Part shown: positions 36,511 through 49,200 of the stretch, piece after piece
Layout: the number at the start of each line of letters is the position of its first letter
How positions within the stretch are numbered: position 1 is the stretch's first letter
NCBI RefSeq assembly: GCF_030144855.1
Contig: NC_082712.1
Coordinates: forward strand, 90,210,001 to 90,274,000
Length of the DNA: 64,000 bases
Reading direction: 5' to 3'
Source of the DNA: Hypanus sabinus
Lineage: Eukaryota
Translations under genes and position numbers: made by a program
The notes under the pieces: generated by a model
The model's input: only the letters and a program-made list of their open reading frames with translations
Told to the model about the DNA's origin: nothing
Databases searched by the model: none

Positions 36511-38289
36511 AGTGGAAGTATGGAAAATGGTTACCACAGACTTGTATTATTACTAAGGGTGCCTTAGTAAGAATGCAAGGAGCGGGGGCAGCACCAGTCC
36601 AGTGGGTTTAAAGGGGTTCTAAGAACCTTCACTTACAACATAACCATCTCTATCACTTGACTTCCTCCCACCATTGGTTCCTCACAGACTCTATGTGCTG
36701 CTGTGGTGTGATTTGCCAATCATGGGCGTCACTTGATGTGGGAGTTACTGGAAGGCTTGTTATCAGCTGCCGCATCATTTCTAAGACTTGTGTCCAGATA
36801 GACCGCATGCCCGAGCTGTTTTGACAAGTTGGTAAGGGGGTGTGTAGCAGCGTTTATATTTTAAAGGAAATATAACTGGTTAATGCAAAGTGCATTGCAG
36901 GCTGCTTGAGGAAATGTCAGAGCCACTTGCTGTAGTCAGTGAGCTCAGCTCATAAGGAGCAGAATTAGGCCATTCAGCCCATCTGATCACAGTTGATTGT
37001 TCTCCCTCTTAACTCTTCCCCCCACCCCATGCAGTTTCTTTATCATCCTGTCCACTTCTGCTGCCACTTTCAATCAGGATTAATACCACTGGGTCGTGCG
37101 AGTTGTTTTGTGGCAGCTGTACATTGTAATACATAATTTTAAAAGCGATAAATTACAATGAGATATATATACATTAAATAATGAGTGGAAAAAAGTAAAA
37201 AAAAAACTGAGGGAGTCTCAATGGGCTCACTATCCACTCAGAAATCTGATGGCGGGCGGGAAGAAGCTGTTCCTGAAATTGGGCGGGTGTGCGTGTGTCT
37301 CTCCCCCACTGCCGCCCGGATCATTCTGATTATGTTGCCCAGCTATTCGGAAATCCCGATTGTTCTGGATAGCATCCGGCTTACCAGGCAGTTTGCCGCA
37401 CAGCCCTTGAGCTCACAGAGACCCCGGTTCTCCCTTTCCCCCCAATTCCTGCCCTCTTTATCCAGAGATGCAGCGAGGTAACGAGCCCTTTGGGCAAGCG
37501 TCACCCAATTTTACCCATGCGGCCAAGAAACTTACTTTAAACGTCTTTGGAAAGTGGGAGGAAACGAGGTGACAGTGAGAACATAGCAACCCGAATCAGA
37601 CAATAGCAGGGCTGGAAGCCAGGTCGCTGGTACAGTGATAGAGTTAAACTAACTGTTACATAACTGTGGAAAGTACCTCATTGCTGTGTACCATCATGAG
37701 AGCTTAAAACTGTGCATCAAACACAAAATGCTGGGGTTGTGTGGGAAGAAAAACTGCATCATTTCAGGTCAAAGACCATTTGCCTTAAATGGGCATTAGG
37801 GAAGGCAAACTTAATAAGGACAGGAGGTGAAAGGGTGTAAGGGACTGCCTTCATCATACGCAAACTACGTGGGTGCATAGGAGATGTGGTAGTAAGTGTG
37901 CGGCACACATAAACCACACAAAATACAGAGCAAGTTACAAAGACTTCTGCAAAACACTAAGATTTGAGGGCTCGTGATTCTTAGTCACCACTTGATTATT
38001 GCTGTTGTCAGGGGAACTCCAAATTCTGACTCGCTCAAATTGTCAAGTTTATTGTCATTTAACTAAACACACTTATACCATCAAGCAAGACAATGTTTCT
38101 CCGAACCAGGGTGTAAAGCATTGCGGAATGCATAACGCACAAGACTCATAGCTCATGAAAATAAGGATGAAAGCTACAGGTGGATTATGCATAAATAAAC
38201 TGAAGGGCACAAATGAAATATTGTAAGGTACAGAACAGATTTACCACTGACACTTGATGTGGCAGGGAGATCAGAAGCCTAATGACCTG

Positions 38290-38810
38290 AGGGAAGAAAC
38301 TGTTTCCCATCCTGACCGTTCTTGTCTTGATGCATCGAGTCTCCTGCCTGATGGTAGAAAGTCAAACAGGATGCTGGACAGATGGGTGGGACCTTTAATA
38401 ATACTAAGGGCCCTGCGTAAGCTGCAGTTCTGATCAATGGTAGGGAGACCCCTATGATCTCACAGCCCTTTGTAGGGACTTCCGGTCCGATGCTCAGCTG
38501 CTCCTATACCAGATGGAGATGCAACTTGTCAAGACGGTCTTAATGGTGCTCCTGTAAAACGCAGTTCAGATGGCAGGAGGGGGCTTCATTTGCTTCAGTC
38601 TCCTTAGGACAGGGAGAGTCTGCTGTGCCTTCTTGTTCAGGGAGGTGACATTAAGGGACCAAGTGAGGTCATCTGTGATGGGGACTCCCAGGAACATGGT
38701 GTACTTAACTCTCTCTACGGAGGAGCCATGTATTCTCAGAGGGGCATGGTTCATCTGCACCTTCCTGAAGTCCACAATGATTTCCTTGCTCTTCTCCACG
38801 TTCAGACTCG
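38290..38810 (-). mobile_element. Rex/Babar-like LINE fragment
   Basis: LNVEKSKEIIVDFRK, VERVKYTMFLGVPIT motifs. Confidence 0.75.
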
Positions 38811-39949
38811 TGAAACCACTGAGATTTCCAGCTCTTGGTTGAACTCCAACAGAACTGGGAAAGGTAGCCCTACAAGGCAAAGAGAGCCAGAAACAAGGCA
38901 AATTCTTTGTTCGTACATTAACTCAGGCTGGTTTCTTTCATTTAAACAACAAAGCCCCATAAATCAGTCAGACACTTTAATAGTCTGTCCTTACCCATTA
39001 GTCCAGCAACCAATGGTTTGGACACAGCATTCCTCGGGGCTTTCAAATGTAATGTTTACATATAAGCAATAAGCCTGCATCCAAAAAATAATCCATCAAC
39101 CCAGCTCTCAAAATGACCAGCACGCTGGTGTAGTAGTTAGCACAACACCTTACAGCACAGGCGACTCAGGCTCATTTCCTGCTGCCGCCTGTGCTGTGAG
39201 GGGCCATTTTCCAAAAGACCGGTATTTGGGTTTCACAGTTGCAGCTCTCTGAGTTGTACAGAGCTTGGCTGAGATGAACACCGGAGACGTGAGGGCGAAA
39301 GGTTCAGTGGGGGATGGAGAGTGGGGGCAGGAAGTTCAAGAGGAGCAGAAGCTGGTGTTGATCACTGGCCCTCTGCCTGGACAATAGCAATACCTACGTC
39401 AGGCTGCTGATTACTGATTACAGCTCGGTGTTCAGCACCATCACCCATTCAGTACTAATCAACAAGCTTCATAACTTGGGCCTCTGCAACTGGATCTTAA
39501 ACCTCCTTGTCGGGCAACCACAGTCAGAGCAGATCAGTCATCTCCTCACTGATAGCCAACACAGGTGCACCTCAAGAAAGCGTGCTTAGCCCACGGCTCG
39601 ACACTGAATTCCTGAATGTATGGATAGGCACAGTTCAAATACCATCTATAAATTCGCCAATGCAACTAATGCTGGCAGAATCGCTGGTGATGAGGAGGTG
39701 TAGAGGAATGAGATAGATCTGCTGGCTGAGCGGTTCAAAGTATATTTTATTATCAAATGAGTTATATGTTACCCTGAGATGAATTTTCTTGTGGGCATAC
39801 TCAATAAATCTATAGAATAATAACCATGACATAATCAATGAAAGACCACCTAGCCAGGGAGTTCAACCAGAGTGCAGAAAGCAACAAATTGTGCAAATAC
39901 AAAAGAAGAAGAAATAACAATAACTAAATAAACAATTAATATCAAGGCA

Positions 39950-40945
39950 TAGAAACATAGAAACCCCACAGCACAAAACTGGCCTGTTGGCCCACAAAGC
40001 TGTGCTGAACATGTCCTTACCTTAGAAATTACCTAGGGTTACCCATAGCCCCCTATTTCTCTTAAGCTCAATATGTCTATCTAGGAATCTCTTAAAAGAC
40101 CCTATCATATCCACCTCAACCACTGTTGCCAGCAGCGCATTCCACGCACTCACCACTCTGCGTAAAAAAATAATTTACCGCTGACATCTCCTCTGTACCT
40201 ACTTTCAAGCACCTTAAAATCATGCCCTCTCATACTAGCCATTTCTGCCCTGGGAAAAAGCCTCTGACTATCCACACTGTCAATGCCTCTCATCATCTTA
40301 TACACCTCTATTAGCTCACCTCTCATCCTCCGTCGTTCCAAGGGAAAAAAGGCTGAGTTCACTCAACCTATTCTCATAAGGCATGCTCCCCAATCCAGGC
40401 AGCATCCTTGTAAATCTCCTCTGCACCCTTTCTATCATTTCCACATCCTTCCTGTAGTGAGGTGACCAGAACTGAGCACAGTACTCCAAGTGGGGTCTGA
40501 CCAGGGTCCTATATAGCTGCAACATTACCTCTCAGCTCCTAAACTCAATCCCACAGTAGATGAAGGCCAATGCACTGTATGCTTTCTTAACTACGAGTCA
40601 ACTCGTGCAGCAGCTTTGAGTGTCCTATGGACTCAGACCCCGATCCCTCTGATCCTCCCCACTACCAAGAGTCTTACCATTAATACTATATTCTGCTATC
40701 ATATTTGACCTACCAAAATGAACCACCTGGGCTGAGCTCCATCTGCCACTTCTCAGCCCAGTTTTGCATCCTATCAATGTCCCACTGTAACCTCTGACAG
40801 CCCTCCACACTATCCACAACACCTCCAACCTTTGTGTCATCAGCAAACTTGCTAACCCATCCCTCCATTTCCTCATTCAGGTCATTTATAAAAATCATGA
40901 AGAGTAAGGGTCCCAGAACAGATCCCTGAGGCACACCACTGGTCA
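39950..40945 (-). mobile_element. CR1 LINE, 5'-truncated
   Basis: [36 protein letters not shown] motifs. Confidence 0.9.
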
Positions 40946-42741
40946 CAGAAGACCATGAGATGAAGAGTCCTTCCAAGTGAGTCCATTGGTTGTGGAACTT
41001 CACTCAACTTCACTTCATCATTGAAATGTATGGACTCACTTTCAGTGTCTCTTCCTCTCATGTTCTCCATGTTTATTGTTTATTATTATTTCCTTATTTT
41101 TGTATTTGCACAGTTTGTCTTTTGCACAGTGATTGAACACCCAAGTTGGTGCAGTCTTTCATTAATTCTTATTCCCTCCAACTGCATTCATAAAGCTGTT
41201 TGGTTCATTAGAACTTGTTGTTAATTGACATTCATACTCCTTGCATATCACGGGATTGCAGTCCAGTGTTTAGCTTAATTTGCAAAGCTCCCATCCCTCT
41301 ACACATAGTCAGCTAAACTTTAGCTGATCTTGAGCATCATACACAATTGCTGGAGAAATTCAGTATGTCAGGTGACATCTATGGCAGTGGTCGTCAACCA
41401 CTGGACTGCAAAGCATGTGCTATCAGGCCACAAGGAAACGATGTGATTTGACGATATGAGTCAGCCGGACCTTTCCTCATTCAGCTATTTACAATATACA
41501 TTAATGATTTAGATGAAGGGATTAAAAGTAACATTAGCAAATTTGCTGATGACACAAAGCTGGGTGGCAGTGTGAAATATAAGGAGGATGTTAGGGGAAT
41601 GCAGGGAGACTTGGACTGGTTGGGTGAGTGGGCAGTAATTTAATGTGGATAAATGTGAGGTTATCCACTTTGGTGGCAAGAACAGGAAGGCAGTTTACTT
41701 GCCATAGAGGGAGTACAGAGAAGATTCACCAGATTGATTCCTGGGATGGCAGGACTTGCATATGAAGAAAGACTGGATCGACTCCAGGGGTCAGCAACCT
41801 TTACCACTGAAAGAGCCACTTGGACCCGTTTCCCACAGAAAAGAAAACACTGGGAGCCGCAAAACCCGTTTGACATTTAAAATGAAATAACACTGCATAC
41901 AACATTTTGTTTTGCCTTTATGCTATGTGTTGCATTTATGAAATTGATGAACTCCTGCAGAGAAAATGAAATTACATTTCTGCATGCAACAAAAACATTT
42001 TGAACTCCGAAAAAAAGACGTTGGATTGAAGGTTACTTTTAAGTAAAATACTCAACGTCTATTTGAGTCCTTCTTGTATTTATGAAAAACGCCAAACTTA
42101 AATTTGCCGCCAGGAGCAAACCAAAAATAACGTCAGCCAGCTGTCAACCTGAAAAATAAAAGGACTATTTCAGTGAACAATGAAAACATATGAATATACA
42201 AAATAATAGGCAATTAAAATATTTATCATACTTGTTCAGGTTGACTCACACCTGACAATGCAGTCGTATTCAGTAGGGATGGATCGATGCTTAGGGGAGT
42301 GACCGGGAAGGATAATGTGTTTTTTTTCCTCTCTGAACTCACAGAAGCGTTTCCCAAACGATGTTTGCATTGCGATGATTGCAGAATGTAAATACTCCGA
42401 ATTTATCATGTCGTGACATTGTTTGAACTCTCTCAAATTGGGGAAGTGAGACCATGTGCCTTTCTGTAAATCTCTGGCAAGCAACGTCAACTTGCGCTCG
42501 AATGCCAAAACATCCTCCAACATGTGCAGGGCTGTACGTCCTTACCCCGTTGAAGAGCTGTGTTCAGCGTGTTCAGGTGCGCTGTCATGTCTACCATGAA
42601 GTGTAGCTTTTCCAGCCACTCTGGCTGTTCCAGCTCAGGAAAGTTGAGCCCTTTGCTGCCCAGGAAAGTTTTCACTTCTTCCAGACACGCGACAAAGCGT
42701 TTCAGCACCTTCCCTCTGGACAGCCAGCGATAAAAACACGT

Positions 42742-42956
42742 TGTAGCGGTGTGCTACACGCAGTCAGTAAACTGCAGTCAAAGATAGCTTTATTCGAACT
42801 AAACAGCCTTGCTTTTAAGCCTCCCTCAACCCGCCCCCCATGGGCGCGGATGCTGCAAAAGACACGTACTCACAAGCCCCCGTAGGCTATCTCCCTTAGC
42901 CTGAACGCTGGCTAATTGTGAGCCGGTTCGGATGTGTCAGGAAATGGGTCGCCACA
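42742..42956. mobile_element. 215-bp solo-LTR-like insert 1
   Basis: tgtagcggtgtgctacacgc...gggtcgccaca; 4-bp TSD ACGT. Confidence 0.8.
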
Positions 42957-43060
42957 ACGTCTTATTTAGATTGTACAAGATCACAAAATCATCGAATTTA
43001 GATTTACATTTCAAAAACTAACAAACTAACATAAAATACATTTTAATTAAATACTGACCA

Positions 43061-43275
43061 TGTAGCGGTGTGCTACACGCAGCGCTAAAATTACGACACG
43101 GAGTCGGTAACTGCAGTCGAAGGAAAAAACTTTATTCGAAATCTTCAGCCTCACTTTTAAGCCTCTGTCAACCGGCCCCCCATGGCGCAGAGGCTCCAAA
43201 GCTCTGTGCTCGCAAACCCCCGTAGGCTATCTAATTGTGAGTCGGTTCGGATGTGCCAGGAAAAGGGTCGCCACA
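43061..43275. mobile_element. 215-bp solo-LTR-like insert 2
   Basis: Same termini as insert 1 with a diverged interior; 4-bp TSD ACCA. Confidence 0.8.
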
Positions 43276-45574
43276 ACCAATTATTTCCCAAAGCAACAGG
43301 GAGCCGCAGCACAGACGTAAAAGAGCCACATGTGGCTCCGGAGCCGCGGGTTGCCGACCCCCGGACTAGGCTAATACTCACTGGAATTTAGAAGATTGAG
43401 GGGGGATCTTATTGAAACATATTAAATTCTAAAGGGATTGGACAGGCTAGATGCAGGAAGATTGTTTCCAATGTTGGGGAAGTCCAGAACAAGGGGTCAC
43501 AGTTTAAGGATAAAGGGGAAGCCTTTAGGACTGAGATGAGGAAAAACTTCTTCACACAGAGAGTGGTGAATCTGTGGAATTCTCTGCCACAAGAAGCAGC
43601 TGAGGCCGGTTCATTGGCTATATTTAAGAGGAAGTTAGATATGGCCCTTGTGGCTAAAGGGATCGGGGCTATGGAGAGAAAGCCGGTACAGGGTTCTGAG
43701 TTGGATGATCAGCCATGATCATACTGAATGGCGGTGCGGGCTTGAAGGGCCGAATGGCCTACTCCTGCACCTATTTTCTATGTTTCTATGAATGGTGTCG
43801 TTAGGAAAAGGGGAAGTACAACGAGATCTAGGTGTTCTTGTATATCAGTCACTGAAAGTAAGCATGCAGGTACAGCAGGCAGTGAAGAAAGCTAATGGCG
43901 TGTTGGCCTTCATAACAGGGGGAGTTGAGTATAGGAGCAAAGAGGTCCTTCTGCAGCTGTACAGGGCCCTGGTGAGACCACACCTGGAGCATTGTGTTCA
44001 GTTTTGGTCTCCAATTTTGAGGAAGGACATTCTTGCTATTGAGGGAGTGCAGCATAGGTTCACAAGGTTAATTCCCGGAATGGCGGGACTGTCATATGTT
44101 GAAAGATTGGAGTGACCGGGCTTGTATACACTGGAACATAGAAGGATGAGAGGGGATCTGATTGAAACATATAAGATTATTAAGGGATTGGACATGTTAG
44201 AGGCAGGAAACATGCCCTGGATGTAGGGGGAATCCAGAACCAGAGGCGACAGTTTAAGAATAAGGAGTAGGCTATTCAGAACGGAGTTCAGGAAAAACTT
44301 TTTCGCTCAGAGAGTTGTGGATCTGTGGAATGTTCTGCCTCAGAAGGCAGTGGAGGTCAATTCTCTGGATGCTTTCAAGAAAGAGTCACCACCCAGGCGA
44401 GGCACCTAACCGCAGCGGCACCCTCGCGCCAGGATCACCGGTCGGCCTCGGGCAACCGGCGCCTCGCGCGGCCGGCGGGAAGCGCCGTTGGTACCGGCCC
44501 GGAGCGCGGACGGGTGGCGCCGCCTCCAAACCTCTTCACCACACCGAATGGTCGTGGGGAACCCGGTGCTAAAATATTCGCAGACGACCGAATTCGGGCT
44601 CAGGGTTTCGGAAGAAGCAGAGCAGCTACCTCGCTGCGATGGACTGAAAGTCACCCCTCGGCCGGTAGATCCTACAAGCGAGGCAGGCGGGCGGGCGGGC
44701 GGGCGCCCTGCCGCTCTCCCCGCTCGGTCGGTCACTCTCTCCGGACTGCGATCGCTGCGGCTCCGGCCCTGACCTCGTCCTCTCACCCCACCCACGGCCA
44801 GCCGCACCTGGCCAAGGCCTCGGGCGGCGGGCGGGAGGCTGTCGAATGAGGCAATGAAGCCTCAGAACTGCTTCGGTACCTTGAGTCCAAGCGCCCTGCA
44901 CTTAAAGACAAACCCGTTGAGTTTTTTGAGCGGAAAAAAACGTGAGCAAGCGGGACAGAAGCAAGTGTTGAGAGTCATGAAAACCAAATTGTGGAATAGA
45001 CATAAGGAACCTCCTTCGAGTATTGCTGTACTCCGGTCGTGTTTAACATCCCCCACCCCGCCCCCAGCCATCGGCCGGTCCGCAAGAATATTATCAATAT
45101 TAAACCGGTACACGGTGCAAAAAAGGTTGATGACCCCTGATCTATGGAGGGAAATAATTTTTGAAGTAAATAGTAAACACAGGGGAGCCTGCAGAATCCA
45201 GAGTAATACACACACAAAATGCTGGAGGAACTCATCTGGTCAGGCAGCATCTAACCAGAAGGGGTTGATTAAGCATTCTTGTTTGTTTAAATAATTCATT
45301 ATGGGTCATCCAGAGCAACAGACAAAATATTGGAGGAACTCAGCAGGTCAGACAGCATCTAAGCACAAGAGATTCTGCAGATGCTGCCTGACCTGCTGAG
45401 TCTGAAATCCAGACCAACACACACAATGCGTTGGAGGAACTCAACAGGTCAGGCAGAACCTAAACTCAAATTCTGCAGATGCTGCCTGACCTGCTGAGTT
45501 CCTCCAAAATTTTCTGTTAATCAAAGCAAATTTATTAGTCATTTTGAGTTACCTACCACCCCATTATCCTCACA

Positions 45575-46215
45575 ACTTCTGCCATCTTCAAAGGGATCCT
45601 ACCACCAAACCTACCTTTACTTACCCTCTCCCCCCCCCCCCCCACCGCCGTTCCACAGGGATCACTCCATCCATGATTCCCTTGTCCATTTGTCTCTCCC
45701 CCTAATTTTCCTCCTGGTACATCCCCATCAGGCCTAAATGCTACACCTAACTATCTCTGCACCTCCTCACATCCATTCAGGGCTTCAAACACTCCTTCCA
45801 GGTGAGGGAACACTTCACCTGTGAGTCTGCTGGGGTCGCCTATTATGTCCACTGTTCCTGATCTGGCCTCTAGTGAAACCTGTCGTGAATTGCAGGACTG
45901 CTTTGCCGAGCGCCTCGATGCCATCCGCCACAAGTAGGGCTTCCAAGCAGCCGAACGTTTTAATTCTGACATGCTGATCCTTGGTTTCTCTCGTGCCAAG
46001 ATTAGGCCACTCTCAGGTGGAGGAGCGACACCTTATATTCCATCTGGGTACCTTCCAGCCTGACAGCGTGAATATCCATTTCCCCTACCGGTGAACAAAT
46101 TTACACCCCCCCCCCTTCCTTTATTCCTCACTCTGACCTTTTACTTCCTCTCATCTGCCTATTACTTCCCTGGGTCCCTTCTCCTTCCCTCTCTCCTATT
46201 GCCCACTCTCTTCTC
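45575..46215 (+). mobile_element. Penelope-like element 3' fragment (continues at about 50660-50870 after the CR1)
   Basis: Degenerate GIY-YIG-region remnant FQVREHFTCESAGVAYYVHC; the 3' end resumes after the long CR1. Confidence 0.65.
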
Positions 46216-46218
46216 CTA

Positions 46219-49200
46219 AAGCGCAGCAAGAGGCGGAAAGGGAAGAGGTAAAAGAAGCTCGGAGAGAAGCTGTTTTTTTAAAACTGATCACGGCAAAGAG
46301 GCTAAACTGCACGGGCGCATGATGTAGCGTGCCAAAGGTTTAAAAAGAAAGACCGCCATATACAGCAGCCATCGTCGGAGTGGACCGGCTTTGGCTCAAT
46401 CAGGCAGAGGCGAGGTTGAACGGGGCACAACTGCGCAAGCGCGTGGAAGTCAGCCCGTGAAGTGGCGAGGGAATTTAAAAGGTGAGCAGAGGCTGAGTAT
46501 GAGCTTCACTCCAGGTGAGGTAAGACCGGGTAAGCTCCTTTAATTAATCTAGTTAGCTTAGGAGTAGGTAATGGAGGCAGCAGATGGGGCAGTTGAGTGC
46601 CCCGTATGTAGTATGTGGGAAATCAGGGCGAGCACAGCTGTCCCTACACCTGCGAAAGGTGCATCCAGCTGCAGCTCCTGACAAACCGTGTTAGGGCACT
46701 GGAGCTGGAGCTGGATGAACTTCAGATCCTTCGGGAGGCAGAGGCAGAAATAGACAGGAGTTTCAGGGAGGTAGTCACCCCTAGGAGTCAGGAGACAGGT
46801 AGTTGGGTGACTGTCAGGAGAGGGAAGGGGAATAGACAGGAAGAGCAGAGGACTCCTGTGGCCATTCCCATCAACAATAAGTATACCGTTTTGGGTACCG
46901 TTGGTGGGGACGGCCTACCAGGGACAAGTTGCAGTGGTTGTGTCTCTGGCACCAAGACTGGACCCTCAGCTCAGAAGGGCAGGAGGGAAAAGAGGAGAGC
47001 AGTAGTGATAGGGGATTCGATAGTTAGGGGGACAGATAGGAGGTTCTGCGGAAGAGATCAAGAATCCCAGATGGTCTGTTGCCTCCCTGGTGCCAGGGTC
47101 TACAATATCTCGGATCGAGTTCTCAGTATTCTCAAGAGGGAGGGTGAGCAGCTGGATGTTGTTGTCCGTATAGGGACCAATGACATGGGTAGGAAGAGTG
47201 AGGAGGTCCTGAAAGGTGAGTTTAGGGAGCTAGGCGCCAAGTTAAAGGACAGGACCTCCAGGATAGCAATCTCAGGATTGCTACCAGTGCCATGTGCAGG
47301 TGGGTTTAGAAATAATAAGATGGTGCAGATCAACACATGGCTGAAGACATGGTGCAGGAGGAAGGGCTTCAGATTTATAAATAATTGGGCAGTTTTCTAG
47401 GGAAGGTGGGACCTGTTCCGGCGGAACAGTTTATATCTGAACTGGAGGGGGACAAATATTCTTGCAGGTAGGTTTGCTAGAGAGGCTCCAGTGGATTTAA
47501 ACTAGATACAAGGGGGGAGGGGAACCAGAGTGTAGGAACAGATGTATGGGAGAAGGAAGAAAAAGAAGACAGAAGAGTTATTTGTATTGTTAGAGATAAA
47601 CAGAGAGGAAGAGGTGGAGAGTTTCTTAAATGCATTTATTATAATGCTAGGAGCATTGCAAGAAAGGTGGATGAGCTTAGAGCATGGATTGATACCTGGA
47701 AATATGATGTTGTAGCTATTAGTGAAACATGGTTGCAGGAGGGGTGTGAATGGCAACTAAATATTCCTGGATTTCGTTGCTTCAGGTGTGATAGAATCAG
47801 AGGGGCAAGAGGGGGAGGTGTTGCATTGCTTGTCAGAGAAAATATTACAGCGGAGCTCTGACAGGATAGAGGGCTCGTCTAGGGGGGCTATTTGGGTGGA
47901 ATTGAGGAATGGGAAAGGTGTAGTAACACTTATAGGGGTGTATTATAGACCACCTAATGGGGAGTGAGAATTGGAGGAGTAAATTTGCAAGGAGATAGCA
48001 GTTATTTATAGTAAGCACAGGGTTGTGATTGTGGGAGATTTTAATTTTCCACACATAGACTGGGAAGCCCATACTGTAAAAGGGCTGGATGGCTTGGAGT
48101 TCGTAAAATGTGTCCAGGATAGTTTTTTGCAGCAATACATAGAGGTACCAACTAGAGAAGGGGCAGTGTTGGACCTCCTGTGAGGGAATGAGATAGGTCA
48201 GGTGACGGAGATGTGGGTTGGGGAGCACTTCGTGTCCAGTGATCACAATGCCATTAGTTTCAATATAATTATGGAGAAGGATAGGACTGGACCCAGGGTT
48301 GAGATTTTTGATTGGAAAAAGGCTAACTTTGAGGAGATGCAAAAGGATTTAGAAGGAGTGGATTGGGACAAATTGTTTTATGGGAAGGATGTAATAGAGA
48401 AATGGAGGTCATTTAAAGGTGAAATCTTGAGGGTACAGAATGTTTATGTTCCTGTTAGGTTGAAAAGAAAGGTTAAAAGTTTGAGAGAGCCATGGTTTTC
48501 AAGGGATATTGGAAACTTGGTTAGGAAAAAGAGAGATATCTACAATAAATATAGGCAGCATGGAGTAAATGAGGTGCTCGAGGAATATAAAGAGTGTAAG
48601 AAGAATCTTAAGAAAGAAATTAGAAAAGCTAAAAGAAGATACGAGGTTGCTTTGGCAAGTAAGGTGAAAATAAATCTGAAGGGTTTCCACAGTTATATTA
48701 ATGACAAAAGGATAGTGAGAGATAAAATCGGTCCCTTAGAGAATCAGAGTGGACAGCTAAGTGTGGAGCCGAAAGAGGTGGGGGAGATTTTGAACAATTT
48801 CTTTTCTTCGGTGTTCACAAAGGAGAAGGATATTGAATTGTGTAAGGTAAGGGAAACAAGTAGGGAAGTTATGGAAACTATAACGATTAAAGGGGAGGAA
48901 ATACTGGCACTTTTAAGGGATATAAAAGTGGATAAATCTCCGGGTCCTGACAGGATATTCCCTAGGACCTTGAGGGAGGTTAGTGTAGAAATAGGAGGGA
49001 CTCTGACAGAAATATTTCAAACGTCATTAGAAATGGGGATGGTTCAATACTCTGATCTATAAAGGCCAGCAGACCAAAAGCTTTCTTCACCACCCTATCC
49101 ACATGAGGTTCCACTTTTGGGAACTATGCACCATTATTCCTAGATCACTCTGTTCTACTGCATTCCTCAATGCCCTACCATTTACCATGTATGTAGAGGA

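Larger units (their letters stand above)
41785..43363 (-). mobile_element. Inner hAT deletion derivative (GTF2IRD2-like transposase remnant)
   Basis: TIRs caggggtcagcaacc / ggttgccgacccccg; RWLSRGKVLKRFVACLEEVKTFL...MLEDVLAFERKL; right TSD gactaggc, left copy apparently reduced to gactc. Confidence 0.85.
41701..43790 (+). mobile_element. CR1 copy B (5'-truncated), nested in CR1 copy A (41482-41700 plus 43791-44385) and split by the inner hAT
   Basis: Copy A breaks at ..ggcagtttactt and resumes aatggtgtc..ggaaaaggggaagtacaacg; copy B ends in a ttctatgtttctatg tail. Confidence 0.7.
41385..45139 (+). mobile_element. Outer hAT (Charlie/Buster-like) non-autonomous transposon containing nested insertions
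   Basis: TIRs cagtggtcgtcaacc / ggttgatgacccctg; perfect 8-bp TSD ATCTATGG (41377-41384, 45140-45147); BED-region remnant (NEAMKP...ESKRPALKDKPVEFFERKKRE) at about 44845-44980. Confidence 0.85.

Noticed and set aside
37466-37477. 12-bp micro-exon ATGCAGCGAG|gtaac
   Set aside because: It is the reverse-complemented tail of an HE1-like SINE.
44315-44901. Overlapping GC-rich ORFs as protein-coding genes
   Set aside because: They are low-complexity products of the GC-rich hAT interior, with ORFs on both strands and no domain motifs.
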